Program-made: the position numbers and the translations under genes
In this document: positions 13,868-26,897 of the stretch, in pieces
Layout of the letters: every line of letters starts with the position of its first letter
How positions within the stretch are numbered: position 1 is the first letter of the stretch
Assembly: GCA_951406725.2 (NCBI GenBank)
Contig: OX597821.1
Coordinates: forward strand, 36,766,001-36,830,000
DNA length: 64,000 nucleotides
DNA from: Octopus vulgaris
Lineage: Eukaryota
Direction: 5' to 3'
The notes under the pieces: model-generated
The model's database searches: none
What the model saw: the letters and a program-made list of their open reading frames with translations, nothing else
What the model was told of the DNA's origin: nothing

Positions 13868-14460
13868 GGATCTTTTTTTTTTGAACGGCAGTTTTCAACA
13901 CAATTTCTAGTTAACTAAACACTTTTAAACTTCGTATACTGGTAGAATGTGTCAAAATAAAACATTTTTTCTCTTGGCTTTCTTGAAAAAATTGTAATTT
14001 GTAAGTTTAACGTAGTTTAATTTTTCGAATTTTAACCAATCCTATGGCCTCTATTGAGCTAAAATCATTTGCTGCGTCTAAAACTGAGACATCCTGTCAC
14101 TAACCCTAACCCTAAATTTTAGCCTTTCGTTTTTTTTTCTTAATTGTTAAATTAATTTAATTGTTACGCGTGTGTCTAAACTTATTCGTTTTGTTTTGAG
14201 TTTTTTCTTTAGTTTTAGCCTTTCATTTTTTTATTAATTGTTAAATTAATTTAAGGATAACAATTAAGAAAAAAAACGAAAAGCTAAAACGAAAGCAAAA
14301 ACTCAAAACAAAAACAAAACGAATAATTTTAGACACACGCGTAACAATTAAATTAATTTAACAATTAAGAAAAAAAACAAACAAACAAAAGGCTAAAATT
14401 TAGGGATAGGGTTTTAACTAGAAATTATGTTGAAAACTGCTGTTCAAAAAAAAAAGATCC
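13868..14460 (+). mobile_element. Merlin-like MITE with ~46-bp TIRs and 8-bp TSD
   Basis: GGATCTTTTTTTTTTGAACGGCAG...CTGCTGTTCAAAAAAAAAAGATCC. TSD CAGGTAGA at 13860-13867 and 14461-14468. GG termini with an 8-bp TSD fit Merlin/IS1016. Confidence 0.8.
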
Positions 14461-15688
14461 CAGGTAGACCTGTGCAGTGGCTGAGTTGTATCCAATAGAT
14501 ACAATAGAGTTGTTATTTTTATGTTGGGTGTTTGATTTTCGGTTTTGTCTTTTGTAGCTTGACAATTAAGGCCAAAATGGAAAAGAATGGCGCAATCAAG
14601 AAAGAAATGGAAGTGCAACAACATGTGATAGCCTGCTCAACAGTGATACTGTAATATACACATATAGAGATAAACTTCTACATAAAGGTATATGAAAACA
14701 AAAACAGACATAAAGATAAGAATATTCTGAAAACGCACACATACACTTGAATACACACAATATCTATTGAAATACATTTAAATATATTCATGAGCACGCA
14801 CACACACACAGATAAACACATACACACAAACAGAGAGAGAGAAAGAAGAGGAGAGATAGTTACTCAAAAGATCGCAGAGCGTGAAACTCGAGTGTTAACC
14901 AAAATCTCAATTTAAATATTTGTGTGTGTCTGTGTGCGTGTCTTCGCACGTTTGTACATGTGTGTATTATTTGTATTTATGAAGAGAAAAAGAGGAATAA
15001 GAATCGCCTTGAAATCCATACCCTCTGCTAAGCAGCTTTCAAGCCAAATTTAATAGCGAAGATCTAATATTGTTATAAACACGCGACACCTTACGCTGCT
15101 TGGGGCGAAAGAAACGAACTTGAGTGACTCGTCTAAGTAATTTCAGGACAAAAACTGATATCGGTATGATGTGGGGCGTTGTGTGATTACAGGAATAGAT
15201 GTATGGAGTGTGAGTGTGTGTGGCAGAGGTTCGCTTTGTACACCAGTTAAATTTTTTTTTATCGAAGAAGACGAATGTGAGTGTTATGTTATACATTTTA
15301 TTGTTGTTATTTTTATGTTGGGTGTTTGATTTTCGGTTTTGTCTTTTGTATTTTTTTTTCTTATCATTTCGTCTAAGAATGTAGGGCTGTATTCCAAATC
15401 TTTAGCTATACCTGAACCTTTTTATCTAGTGAGAAACTTTTTCACTGCTTAGTCAGTAGAGAAAGAGCAACGTCTTTGACCATTTTCATGACTTTCGTGA
15501 AAGGAAAAGAAGAAAGTTATCCTTAAACTTGACTCTTGGCTCGAATGCTTGCAACAAAGTGAACTGCGATAAAGTTACACCGGGGTAACGAATTAAATCA
15601 GGTCACCCACTCAAAAACAAAAACTGTTCTCCCAACGAGATTCTACACATATTCTATCTATAAAATTTCACTTACTGTGTTTTAATTA

Positions 15689-15980
15689 GTGGAGGCACAT
15701 GGCCTAGTGGTTAGAGCAGCGGTCGAGGGATCGCGGGTTCAAATCTCAGATAGGGCGATGCGTGTGTTTATGAGCGAAACACCTGAGCTCCGCGCGGCCC
15801 CGGCAGAAGGTAATGGCGAACCTTCTGCTGACTCTTTCGCCACAACTTTCTCTCACTCTTTCCTCCTGCATCTTGCAGCTCATCTGCGACGGACCGGCGT
15901 CCCGTCCAGGTGGGGAACCTATACACCAAGGAAACTGGGAAAGCGGCTCTAATGAGCCAGGCATGGCTCGAGAAGGAACA
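15689..15980 (+). mobile_element. tRNA-derived SINE family C (V/Meta-like core)
   Basis: A-box TGGCCTAGTGG, B-box GGTTCAAATCT, core CTGCGACGGACCGGCGTCCCGTCCAGG. Confidence 0.7.
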
Positions 15981-16786
15981 TACAATGCTTTAATTATCCT
16001 GATGCTATGGTGCAATTCACATCGTAATCGAACACGAAACCGCATTGTTGCGAACTGAATTTCCGAATCACATAGCTATGCTCAGAGTTACTAATGGTTT
16101 GTTGCAAATGTTGTTTGAACGCATATACAAACAGACATATATACTTTTGGCGAGTTGGCAGTCATGAGCGCCTCAGACAAACTATTTAATGTTATTTTTT
16201 CTGGAGTTTTATTGCATTCTGGGTTTAAAACTCGCTGAGGTCAGTTTTGCCTTTCATGCTTTCACCGTCGATAAAATAAAGCACTAGTCAAGATCTGGGA
16301 GCGATGTTATCAATTATACCCCCCACTAAAATTTCTGGCCGTAAAATCAAAATTTTAAACGAAAAAAGAAATTAATTTACTCGTTTGCTATCAAAGGTTT
16401 TAGGTTTTTGATTGGTTCAGGTACAACAGTGACTTTCCGAAGACTGATGGTCCGGAACCTCTCATGATCCGCATTAATTAACGAGCATGAACTTCAAATT
16501 CCCGTGGCCACCAGACTAGTTTACTGCACATATATTAGTTCCTTGTACAATACAATATTAATGAACTGTATCATTTATACTAATTTATAGGTACCTGAAT
16601 TTCATATAATTGAAATTTAATATTTATTTAATTCAGAGTAATCAGAGAAAACCATAATCCTTTCCTCTTTGATCTTTTGTCTCTTATCAGATCACGGCTG
16701 TCTTTTCTCGCGTTTCGCAAGTTAACTTTGACTACGTTGTAGTTTCTCTAGATATACATTTTAACTTCTCTCCTAGCAGTGAGCCT

Positions 16787-17223
16787 GGATCTTTTCGGTT
16801 TGAACGGCAGTTTTTAACATAATTTCTAGGTAACTAAAAAATTTTAAACTTCATATACTGGTAGAATGTGTTTATAAAACATCTTTTTCTCTTGGCTTTA
16901 TTGAGAAAATTCTATAGTTTGTAAGATATTTGTTGTTGTTTTTTTCTTCAATTTCTGCAATTTCAACCAATTGCTGACGTCCATTGAGGTAAAAAAAACA
17001 TTCTGTGCCGTAAGAATATGTCCCTCGTTTAAGAAACAGATTGGGTATATTTACATTTGTGAAGAAAAAAAGATACCCTTCCCCCACCCCTAACCCTAAC
17101 CCTAACTAAACCTAACCCTAAAAGAGATTGAAATGCAATAGATCGATACTAGGGTTATAATTATGGGTGACAATTTCATATGACACCGCTAGAAAAAAAC
17201 TGCCGTTCAAACCGAAAAGATCC
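16787..17223 (+). mobile_element. Merlin-like MITE, family 2
   Basis: TIR GGATCTTTTCGGTTTGAACGGCAGTTTTT at both ends, internal (CCCTAA)n, near-identical to 28104-28512. No TSD visible. Confidence 0.8.
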
Positions 17224-18047
17224 TATATATATATATATATATATATATACATTTCCCCTTATCCCTATCTGACGTCCCTAAATTGTTTAATCCCTAGGCT
17301 GTAAACAGCAGGCGCCACTCGAATGTCCCCTACACCACGTGGAATCATAAACAGGATTATCTGTTGAAGCAGTTCTGGCAATAAATTTATGTTACTTGAA
17401 ACGGCCAATGTAAGGCCAACAATAACCTCTCTTAGGAGTTATTCTTCATTCACTTACCTCTGAAACTAGGAGTAACGAGAAGCTAAGACAACTTTTATCA
17501 TAAGTTTTACGTTCTATTTTTTCAGTCGTACAGCTGTCTGTATACATATATGCGTGTGTGTATGCATGTATGTAACAATGCATGTAAATATATATGTTGG
17601 TAGGTATATAGACGTACAAAGGAAATAAAATAGAACTAAATCCATGTGGTATTATTAACAGGTGGACACAGCTTTCACATTGCTACATTTAAATATATAT
17701 GTGTGCGTGTATGTGTTTATGTGTATTTGTGTGTATGTTGTGCTTATGTACATTGATATATATATACATGCATACACACACACACATATATATATAAGTT
17801 TATAATATATAAACTCGCTCATTTATATATTATAAACCTATATGTGTGTGTGTATATATATATATATATTACATACATACATACATGCATACATACATAC
17901 ATACATACATACATACATACATACATACATACATACATACATACATACATACATACATACATACATACATACATACATACGTATATGTGTATATGTTTGT
18001 GTGTGTGTGTGCCCCAGCATGACCGCAGCTTTGAAGCTGAAACAATT

Positions 18048-18162
<115 letters not shown>

Positions 18163-18459
18163 ATGCATGTATGTGTATCAAATGGTAACTGTAAATGCCT
18201 TATCTATCATCATTAGCCTTGTCATATTACTCTCTAGAAATAAGAAATAATATGGCCGATACACTAACGTCTTTGTCATCTCCCCTCTCTTCCTCACCAC
18301 CCTCTCTCAACAAAATACCCGGACCTAGATAAAGCTAATTGTAATTAAATGCCCTTTGACGAGGCCCCAGATGCAGGGTTAATAACAATACGTTTCATAT
18401 TGCCTACCGACAACAGTACCACTGTTACCTCCACTCTGAAATGTTATGTTAAAGGTGGA

Positions 18460-18545
<86 letters not shown>

Positions 18546-20181
18546 ATTTATTGGTAATCTATTAGATATTTCAATGTTAGCGGTGTGCGACAGCTCTCAT
18601 AAAACAATCTAACAATGAGAGCAACAACATGAACACAAGCACCGCTAATAATTACACAATGACGGCCACCACAACTACCACTGCCACCAAAGCCAAAACC
18701 AACAACAAAGGCAGTCAACCACCAAGAAGTAGCAGCCAAATTAAATCTCAGATCTTATCTTAGTATTTTGAGTAAAGAAATAGCATTAAATGAACAGGGT
18801 GCTCACGGCTGGAATGCTCTGGGTCGTAAATCTGTTCTATGACTCGGGTTAGCCAATGCTGGCTAACCTGAGACTAGGCGACATTATCAATAACAGCTAT
18901 AGCTATAACAATGACAACAAATTTATCGATAAATGGATCTATTTGCTGTCGTGGGATCTATTAGACATTGCAATTAAATCTCTCTCAAATTGCACTTTAT
19001 CATCTTAGAAAAAAGGATACCTTAAGCATTGTCCTGAATAGAACCTAAAAATACTAGGTAGCTGAAATACTTTTGACCATAAGAGATGTGGTCGATCAAG
19101 GCTGGATTGGAATGGCAACTATTACAGCAGCTATAGTAGTCGTAATAGTAACTGTAGTTGTAATAATGATGGTGGTGTTTCGTGTTGGTTTCATAATAGT
19201 AATAACGATATCTAAGTTTGTCACAAACCTATGAAATTTAGCGATGGGTTGTAGGCAAATAAATTCGTACTCAATGTTTATATTTAATTATAAATGACAG
19301 CGCTCAAACTCGAAACTCGTAAAAGAATTTTTAATTATTACATGTCATTTTGCTGCCGAAATGTTTGTGCGTCTCCAACGTCTAATGATAAAACAAATTA
19401 TATCTTTATTTGCCATAAGGGTGCCTTATGAGATGTGCATTACAATGACAATAATAATGATTTCTAACATAGATGTAATGCCACAAGATTTGAGGGAGAG
19501 AAAGTGTACAGACATTTAAATGTAGTCGTCTTGTCGGGCCTGGAAATATAAGAACAAAATTGACCCCAGCTGGATTCGAACTCAGAAGAACGTTATTACA
19601 CATAATATAATATATTACCTTGCACTCTAAGGAACCTGCAAAGCTACCATTAATGTATATCTTGACGAGAGGGCAAAGATGACATATTAGTGAGATGGAG
19701 AGCTGCATTCTGAAGCTACAGGAAAGTGTAAAGAAGATAAAGAAATTGGATAATAACAGGATATATATTCCGAATATATGACAACGATTGTGATAAGCAG
19801 AGCAAAATGAAGAGTCTAATAATGCTGTTATTAGCATTGGCTGTTCTTACATTTTCCAGAATTTCCAGGGGTATGACATTATTACAGAATTGCGATACAT
19901 AGCTTATGCATAAGAAAGATTAAGTTTCATGAACTATCGCATTATTGCTTAACACAAGATAACATGATCGCAAAGTCGTCTCATATAATTTTAAAGCATG
20001 ACCTTTATCATATCATTTGTACAGCATTGTAGAGGAGGACAATGATTTACCAGCATGTGTCGGACAAAATCTAACGTGTGGAAATAGCCAAACACGCTCA
20101 AAGGAAATGATGTTCTTCGTCTCTTGGACTCGAAAATAGCCATATGTTACTATTGACAGTTTGATAATATGGACCATTAAA

Positions 20182-20412
20182 GGCTGCGAGCTGGCAGAAA
20201 CGTTAGCACGCTGGGCGAAATGCGTAGCCGTATTTCGTCTGCCGTTACGTTCTGAGTTCAAATTCCGCCGAGGTCGACTTTGCCTTTCATCCTTTCGGGG
20301 TCGATAAATTAAGTACCAGTTACGCACTGGGGTCGATGTAATCGACTTAATCCATTTGTCTGTCCTTGTTTGTCCCCTCTGTGTTTAGCCCCTTGTGGGT
20401 AGTAAAGAAATA
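20182..20412 (+). mobile_element. SINE family A, full length, 16-bp TSD
   Basis: TSD AATATGGACCATTAAA at 20166-20181 and 20413-20428; A and B boxes present. Confidence 0.92.
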
Positions 20413-21009
20413 AATATGGACCATTAAAACTATTTCTGTTGGAAATTCATAGCAAAGAGAATAACTGAAATAGGGTTCCCAGTATTTTGATAATTAAGCA
20501 ACAAATTAATTGCAAACTAGTGACATTACATACAAGGAATATCATATCATTACACAAGGTCATATCGTAATAAGGCTATATCATGTTGTTACAAAACAAT
20601 ACCGCATCATATCATTGCAGAGAAACGCCATATTATTTCACAGTAAGGCTATATCATAGCAATATCATATTACAGTAAAGCCATATATTCCTCATTAAGG
20701 CTTTCATTCTCGACATTCCCGGGTGTCCACTGTGGAATCCTGCAATACTCGTCTCTGTAGTGCAGTTGGTACTACCCTCTTTGCGCATACATTAAAACAT
20801 CGTCGCATAGTGAAAAATTATACGAATTCGTATTTTTATTTTGCACATTTTTCAACATTTCTTTCATTCTTTTCATTTATATATCATGCGCTGTCACTGA
20901 CACATAACGTTTTTAATCATGTTTTTTTTTCATTTCAGCTGCTGGGTTCTTTTCACTGTGGGGCAGCCATTTAATTTTTTACAGTACCGGCTTATTGGGA
21001 GATTCCATT

Positions 21010-21340
21010 AATCAAATAACTCCAACCAGTCGGTATCAAACAGATTTGTCGCGTCATTTACGACGAAAACTTTCGCCTTGCAAGTTTTTCCTGGAAATGT
21101 AACATCATTCCACATTTCCCCTACAAAGTATAGTTTGTCACCCGTCACGCCGCGTGCAGTTTTCGCTGTTTTTCTTAACATAGATTTCCCTATTTTCTTC
21201 TACGTGTCGGTGTTAATGATTGAAATGTCACTACCAGTATCCAGTTGTAATTTAATATTTAATCCGTTTACTTTTGCGTGTACAAATTTCCCTATTTGGG
21301 AGTCGATTTTACTTTCTGCTGAGAGCATCAGAATGTTTTA
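21010..21340 (-). pseudogene. Gypsy-type LTR retrotransposon aspartic protease relic
   Basis: Minus strand KFVHAKVNGLNIKLQLDTGSDISIINTDT*KKIGK...ARGVTGDKL...NLFDTDWLELF, with DTG catalytic motif and an in-frame stop. Confidence 0.7.
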
Positions 21341-22139
21341 CATTTGATCCTCGTACAGTGGCAGTCATTGAAAGTCGTGGGTTTGGACCTCAACAGTCCC
21401 TGCTTTTCGCACGGACAGCTGTATGTGGGCTGTTCGAGGGTTGGCTGTTCGACAAACCTTTTCTACTACGCTCCCTACGGAGTAACAATGAATGTGGTTT
21501 ACAAGGCTGCACTCCACTAGCTTTTCCATGCCCTTGAACATCCCGTAGAGTAAGTTAGCTTAAATTTAGTTACTTAGTTCCCTAGGTTGTAGCTTTTCAT
21601 CAAAAATCGCCCCAAGTTGGTTTCCTACATGTTTTATCGGATAAACTTATTATTATCTCAGGTATGTTGTTCTCATAAATTCATCATGCTTTTCCATCTA
21701 GATTTACCTCCAGCTAACACATTTGCATGCATCGTTTTTATCCTGCTTTTCTTCCGTCAACCTGTACATAACTGCACCTTCCATCTTTTGTTGTTTTTGG
21801 ACTGCTTAAAGGCACGTTTCTTTCCTGCCAAGCTTACTGTTTAAACCATGCTTGTGTTCTCCCAGTCAACAGCCTTATCATTACTGGTACTTTAAACTCT
21901 TCGGTTGCATATTTGTGTGAATAAAATCGTTTTTCTTTGGAATAGAAAAGAAATCTATCTTTCTTCTTTTGCTGGTGTCTCAAATTTAGGTTAAATCAGT
22001 TTTTCTCAAAGGGGAGGTCAATGGGACGGTCGGAGAAGTTGTTTTAAGAAAATTTGGTTTAAATGTTTGACAACTCAGCACCGTCCATTGGATGGGGGAC
22101 GTTTTGCTCGTATATATGTGTGTGTGTGTGTTTTGTGAT

Positions 22140-22363
22140 TGAATTTGTCCCTAACCATCGCTTGACAAGCAACGTTGGTGTGTTTATGTCCCCTTAACTT
22201 AGCGGTTCGGCAAAAAAAGCCGATAGAATAAGTAATAAGCTTACAAAGAATTAGTCCTGTGGTCGATTTGCTCGACTAAAACCCTTTAAGGTGGTGCTCC
22301 AGCATGGCCGCTGTCAAATGACTGAAATAATAAAAGAATAAAAGAATAAAAGAATAAAAGAAT
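22140..22363 (+). mobile_element. SINE family B 3' half with (AATAAAAG)n tail
   Basis: Homology to other family-B copies. Confidence 0.8.
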
Positions 22364-22784
22364 ACCAAGATATCTGATAGATGGGCTGGCCACGATCGGA
22401 GTGCCTTACATCTTAAGCTGACTCGAGAAGAGCTGATTTGGAACTCAACAACAATAACATCACCATCAGCATCATCATCATTACCACTACCATTACCACC
22501 AACACCACCACGCGACAGAAACGGAGCATTTATGAAGTCGTTCTATTTGCTAGAAATAGCTACCAAATCTTCCCCAAATCATGTCTTATTTCATTTAAAA
22601 AGGACTCATCGAATAATGTGGTTCATTATTCGCTGCAAATAGGAAAAAAGACAGGATGGCCACGGTTAGAATACCTTTGATCATACGACTGTTCGATCAG
22701 AACTGACCTACTACTACGCAACAACACCACCTTTACCAACATCATCCACAACCCCATTACTGCTGCCAACATCACCATTACCAC

Positions 22785-23425
22785 CATCATTCTCACCATA
22801 TCACTGCCACCACCATCACTGCCACCACCATCACCACCACTATCACTGTCATCACCACCACCACCATCACTGCCACCACTATCACTGTCATCATCATCAC
22901 CACCACCATCATCATCATTTCCTCCACCATCACCACTTCCATCACTGCCACCACCATCACTATCATCACTACCATCACTGCCACCACCATCATCACCACC
23001 ATCACCACCATCACTACCACTACCATCACCACTACTATCACTGCCACCACCATCACTGCCACCACCATCACTGTCATCACCATCACCACCATCACCACCA
23101 TCACTACCACTACCATCACCACTACTATCACTGCCACCACCATCACTGCCACCACCATCACTGTCATCACCACCACCACCATCACTGCCACCACCATCAC
23201 TGTCACCACCACACACCATCACTACCACTACCATCACCACTACTATCACTGCCACCACCATCACTGTCATCACCACCACCACCACCACCACACCATCACT
23301 GTCATCATCATCACCACCACCACCACCATCATTTCCTCCACTATCACTGCCACCACCATCACCACTACCATCACTGCCACCACCATCACTGTCATCACCA
23401 CCACTACCACCATCACCACCAACAC
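22785..23425. repeat. cryptic (CAC/CAT) trinucleotide-derived minisatellite with higher-order duplications
   Basis: Recurrent CCACCACCATCACTG unit; produces spurious G/D/S-rich and V/M-rich ORFs. Confidence 0.9.
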
Positions 23426-24055
23426 CACAGGTCAATGAGGCAGCCTTCACATGGTTGCTCATCTGCAAGAAATTGTTGCTGCATCACTCAGTAACCACGT
23501 TCTACCATCTTTAAAGGGCACTGGAAAATATAATCCTACACGCTGAGTCTGGAAAAGACGAAATGGTCACGGCTGGAATGCACTTGAACATAGGTCTGTT
23601 CAACCAGCGCTGAGGTAACCTGATGTTAAACAGTAGCACCACAACAGTCATCATCACCACCACCACCACCACCACCACTAGCATCATCATCAGCATCACC
23701 ATCATCATCATTGTCATCATCATCATCATCATCACCATCAACACTATCATTACGACTGCCAACATTGGTGACCCTCTCATCGGATCAGAGCGGTAGGGTC
23801 ATCGCAAATAAAGGAGCAAAAAAAAATTATGTTTAAAGGTCTACGAAAGTCTAACATTGAGAACATTCCAGAAGTGTAATGTGCTTGAATGAATTACCTA
23901 CTCGCACGTTAGTTCGTAAATATACACTCGCGTACATACATACATACATACATACATACATACATACATACATACATACATACATACATACATACATACA
24001 TTATATATATATTACGCACGCGCGCGCACACACACACACAAATACACATGTGTAT

Positions 24056-24420
24056 GAAGGCGCATGGCTCAGTAGTTAGAGCGTCGAGCTTACGATCGTG
24101 AGGTTGTGAGTTCGATTCCGGGACCGGGCTGCGTGTTGTGTTCTTAAGCAAGACACTTTATTTCACGTTGCTCCAGTTCACTCAGCTGTAGAAATGAGTT
24201 GCCTCGTCACTGATGCCAAGCTGTATCGGCTCCTTTGCCTTTCCCTTGGATAACACTGGTGGCGTGGAGAGGTGGAGGCTGGTATGCATGGGCGACTGCT
24301 GGTCTTCCATAAAAACAACCCTAGGTTGTTCGTTCGCCGGTGACGTGGCTTTCCGCCCAGACTTGTACCCCGGATGGGGAACCTCTTAGGTGCACCCATG
24401 GTCATTCGTGACCGATGGAA
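24056..24420 (+). mobile_element. tRNA-derived SINE family D (CORE-like domain)
   Basis: A-box TGGCTCAGTAG, B-box AGTTCGATTCC, then CTTAAGCAAGACACTTTATTTCACGTTGCTCCAGTTCACTCAGCTGTAGAAATGAG. Confidence 0.75.
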
Positions 24421-24569
24421 TCAAGTTATATATACATAAGCAAATAGCTAGTTATAAAATCTCAGTAAGAGATGAACACAGTAGGCAAGTAATGTTTGTC
24501 GCCACTTTAACATGTACCATATATCGGATGTAAGTATACATCGTTAACCAGTTAGAGGAAATGTCCTCT

Positions 24570-25294
24570 TGGGGTTAAAAAATCGCAGTAAATTCCGCTC
24601 GAACGGAACAGCCATGTTGAAGTGGCGACAAACGTTACTTATCCATCTTAAACATATGCACTCAAACAGCTAGAAGGCTATTCCTCTAATCTTCCAGTGC
24701 AGTTGGTCATGACGGAGAAAGAAGCGGGCGACCATCAATTTTCGACAATATAGTCGCGAAGGTTGAGCAAATGCTGCGTGAAAATCGGTGGATTACTTTG
24801 GATGATCTCCTCATTTTTGGTTCCTGAGGTTTCCCGAAGCACTATTTTGTGTGAAAAGTTGTAATAGCGGAAGGTGTGCGCAAGATGGGTCCCGTGAATG
24901 CTCACAGAAGACCATAAACGGCAACGAGTTGACTCTTCCCAAGAATTTCTTTGGATGGGACATCATCACCTACCCTCTTTATAGTCAGGTACTTGGCACC
25001 TAGTGACTACCACCTGTTCCCTAAGTTGAAAGAACATTTGGCCGGAACGCGCTTCAACAACGACGGACGATGTGAAAGATGAGGTTCAACGCTTCCTCAA
25101 CGATATAGCAGTGAGCTGATATGACATGGGCATACAAAAATCTGCCACAGCACCTGCAAAAATGTATCGACCGAAGTGGCGATTATGTAGAAAAATAGAT
25201 AATTGTTCCAGCTTTAAAATGATGTAGACATCATTGGCAAACGTTTCTGTGATTTCTAAATATTTTTGGAGATCTTACTTTTGGGATTACCTTC
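24570..25294 (+). mobile_element. internally deleted mariner relic
   Basis: KVCARWVP, LAPSDYHLFPKLKEHL and CIDRSGDYVEK motifs; right TIR ends CCTTCG-TA. Confidence 0.8.
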
Positions 25295-25749
25295 GTATAT
25301 ATATGTGTATATATATATATATGTTCCAGCATGGTCACAGCCTATAAAAGATTAAAAGAATAAAAGAATATCTACTCAACGAATAGGTGCAGTGGCTGGG
25401 TACTTGGAAGTTTGCTTACCAGCCACATGGTTTAGGGTTCAACGTCAGTGTGACACTTTGGGCAATTGATCTTCTGTTATAGCCTCGGGCCGACCATAGG
25501 TTTATGAGGACTTGGTAGACGGAAACTGAAAAGAGCTCGCCGTATATCTACATTTATAATGATGAATACTGCCTATTAACAGTTGGAATTATGAAATTTT
25601 CACCAAAATTGTTAAATTCCCAATTATGTAGAAAATTCTTTAAAATTATAATTTCATTATATTTATATCAAAATGTGGTCTTTAGATTTCTTTTCAGTTT
25701 TTGGGTTTTTTTTTTTTTACTAAAATCACCAATAACGAAACAATATTCC

Positions 25750-25834
<85 letters not shown>

Positions 25835-26473
25835 AAGAGAGAATGGGCTTCCACACAGCTGTTTTCATCTACAAAATTCACTTTCAAAGTAAAGCTTTCG
25901 CTGCGCTGTGGGACAGAACCCGAAACCAAGTGGTTGCAAAGCCATCTTCTTAACCATATACTCATGACTTCACTTTCATCTTTTCATTCCATTCACTTCC
26001 CTACCAACACCACCGACATTGTTTTCCTTTTCATATTTTTTTTTTATTATTATTTTTGTTTTCTTCATTTTCTTTGCGCCTTTAATCTGTTGTTTTTGCT
26101 GTTATGTTTGTCTGGGAGTAACAGGTATTTCTGTTCGTGTGTGTTATTTTGTTTTTTGTTTTTTGTTTATGTATTCCTTTCATATTTCCTCCCCAAGCCC
26201 CTCCGACTATTTTAGCTTTCAATGATATACTACTTACTCTGTTATCAATAAAATCTCTTCAGCTCATCAAGCCTACCATTGCCCTTTCAAAATGGTACGG
26301 ACTAACACAAACGAAAACAGAAATGGAAAACCAAAAACCAAAAAAAGATAACAACAATTAATTGGTAAGTTAGGTCGAAGGTTTTGCGTTCGAGCTTCAG
26401 TGAAAGTTAGGTATGTCAATATGAAGTGTAATAGAAAGAGGAGAAAGAGAGCGAGAGTGTATGTGCGTGTGCA

Positions 26474-26527
<54 letters not shown>

Positions 26528-26897
26528 TGTGTGTGTGGGTGTGTGTGTGTGTACTAAATAACCCCAAAGACATTTGTGTGGGAATAACAATTGACAATGA
26601 TGTTTGTCTCGTCTGCGAAGCACGGCAACACACACACCTACATACACACACGCGCGCGTACACACACACACACACACACACACATACATACATACATACA
26701 TACAGAAACACACAAGCACACACCTCTGCTAACTTCTGTCGTTTCTATATTTCACACATGAGTTATTTACACAAGTAATGAGCCAGGAAACAAGGGTTGC
26801 GTCAATACAGTCATTAGATCTACTAGAAATAGTAGCCACATCTTTCTGAAATCATTGGATAATGTTAATGATTGACAAAGAAAAAAAGAAGGGATTG

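Noticed and set aside
17087-17120. (CCCTAA)n as a telomere or chromosome fusion scar
   Set aside because: A few imperfect units that are internal to a multicopy MITE.
22626-23468. 280-aa Gly/Asp/Ser-rich ORF resembling a biomineral or structural protein
   Set aside because: It is the translation of a CAC/CAT minisatellite, open in several frames, with a non-ATG start and ends in dispersed repeats.
24056-24130. tRNA gene (also 15689-15755 and SINE A/B heads)
   Set aside because: A and B boxes run into SINE bodies, with no complete acceptor stem or terminator.
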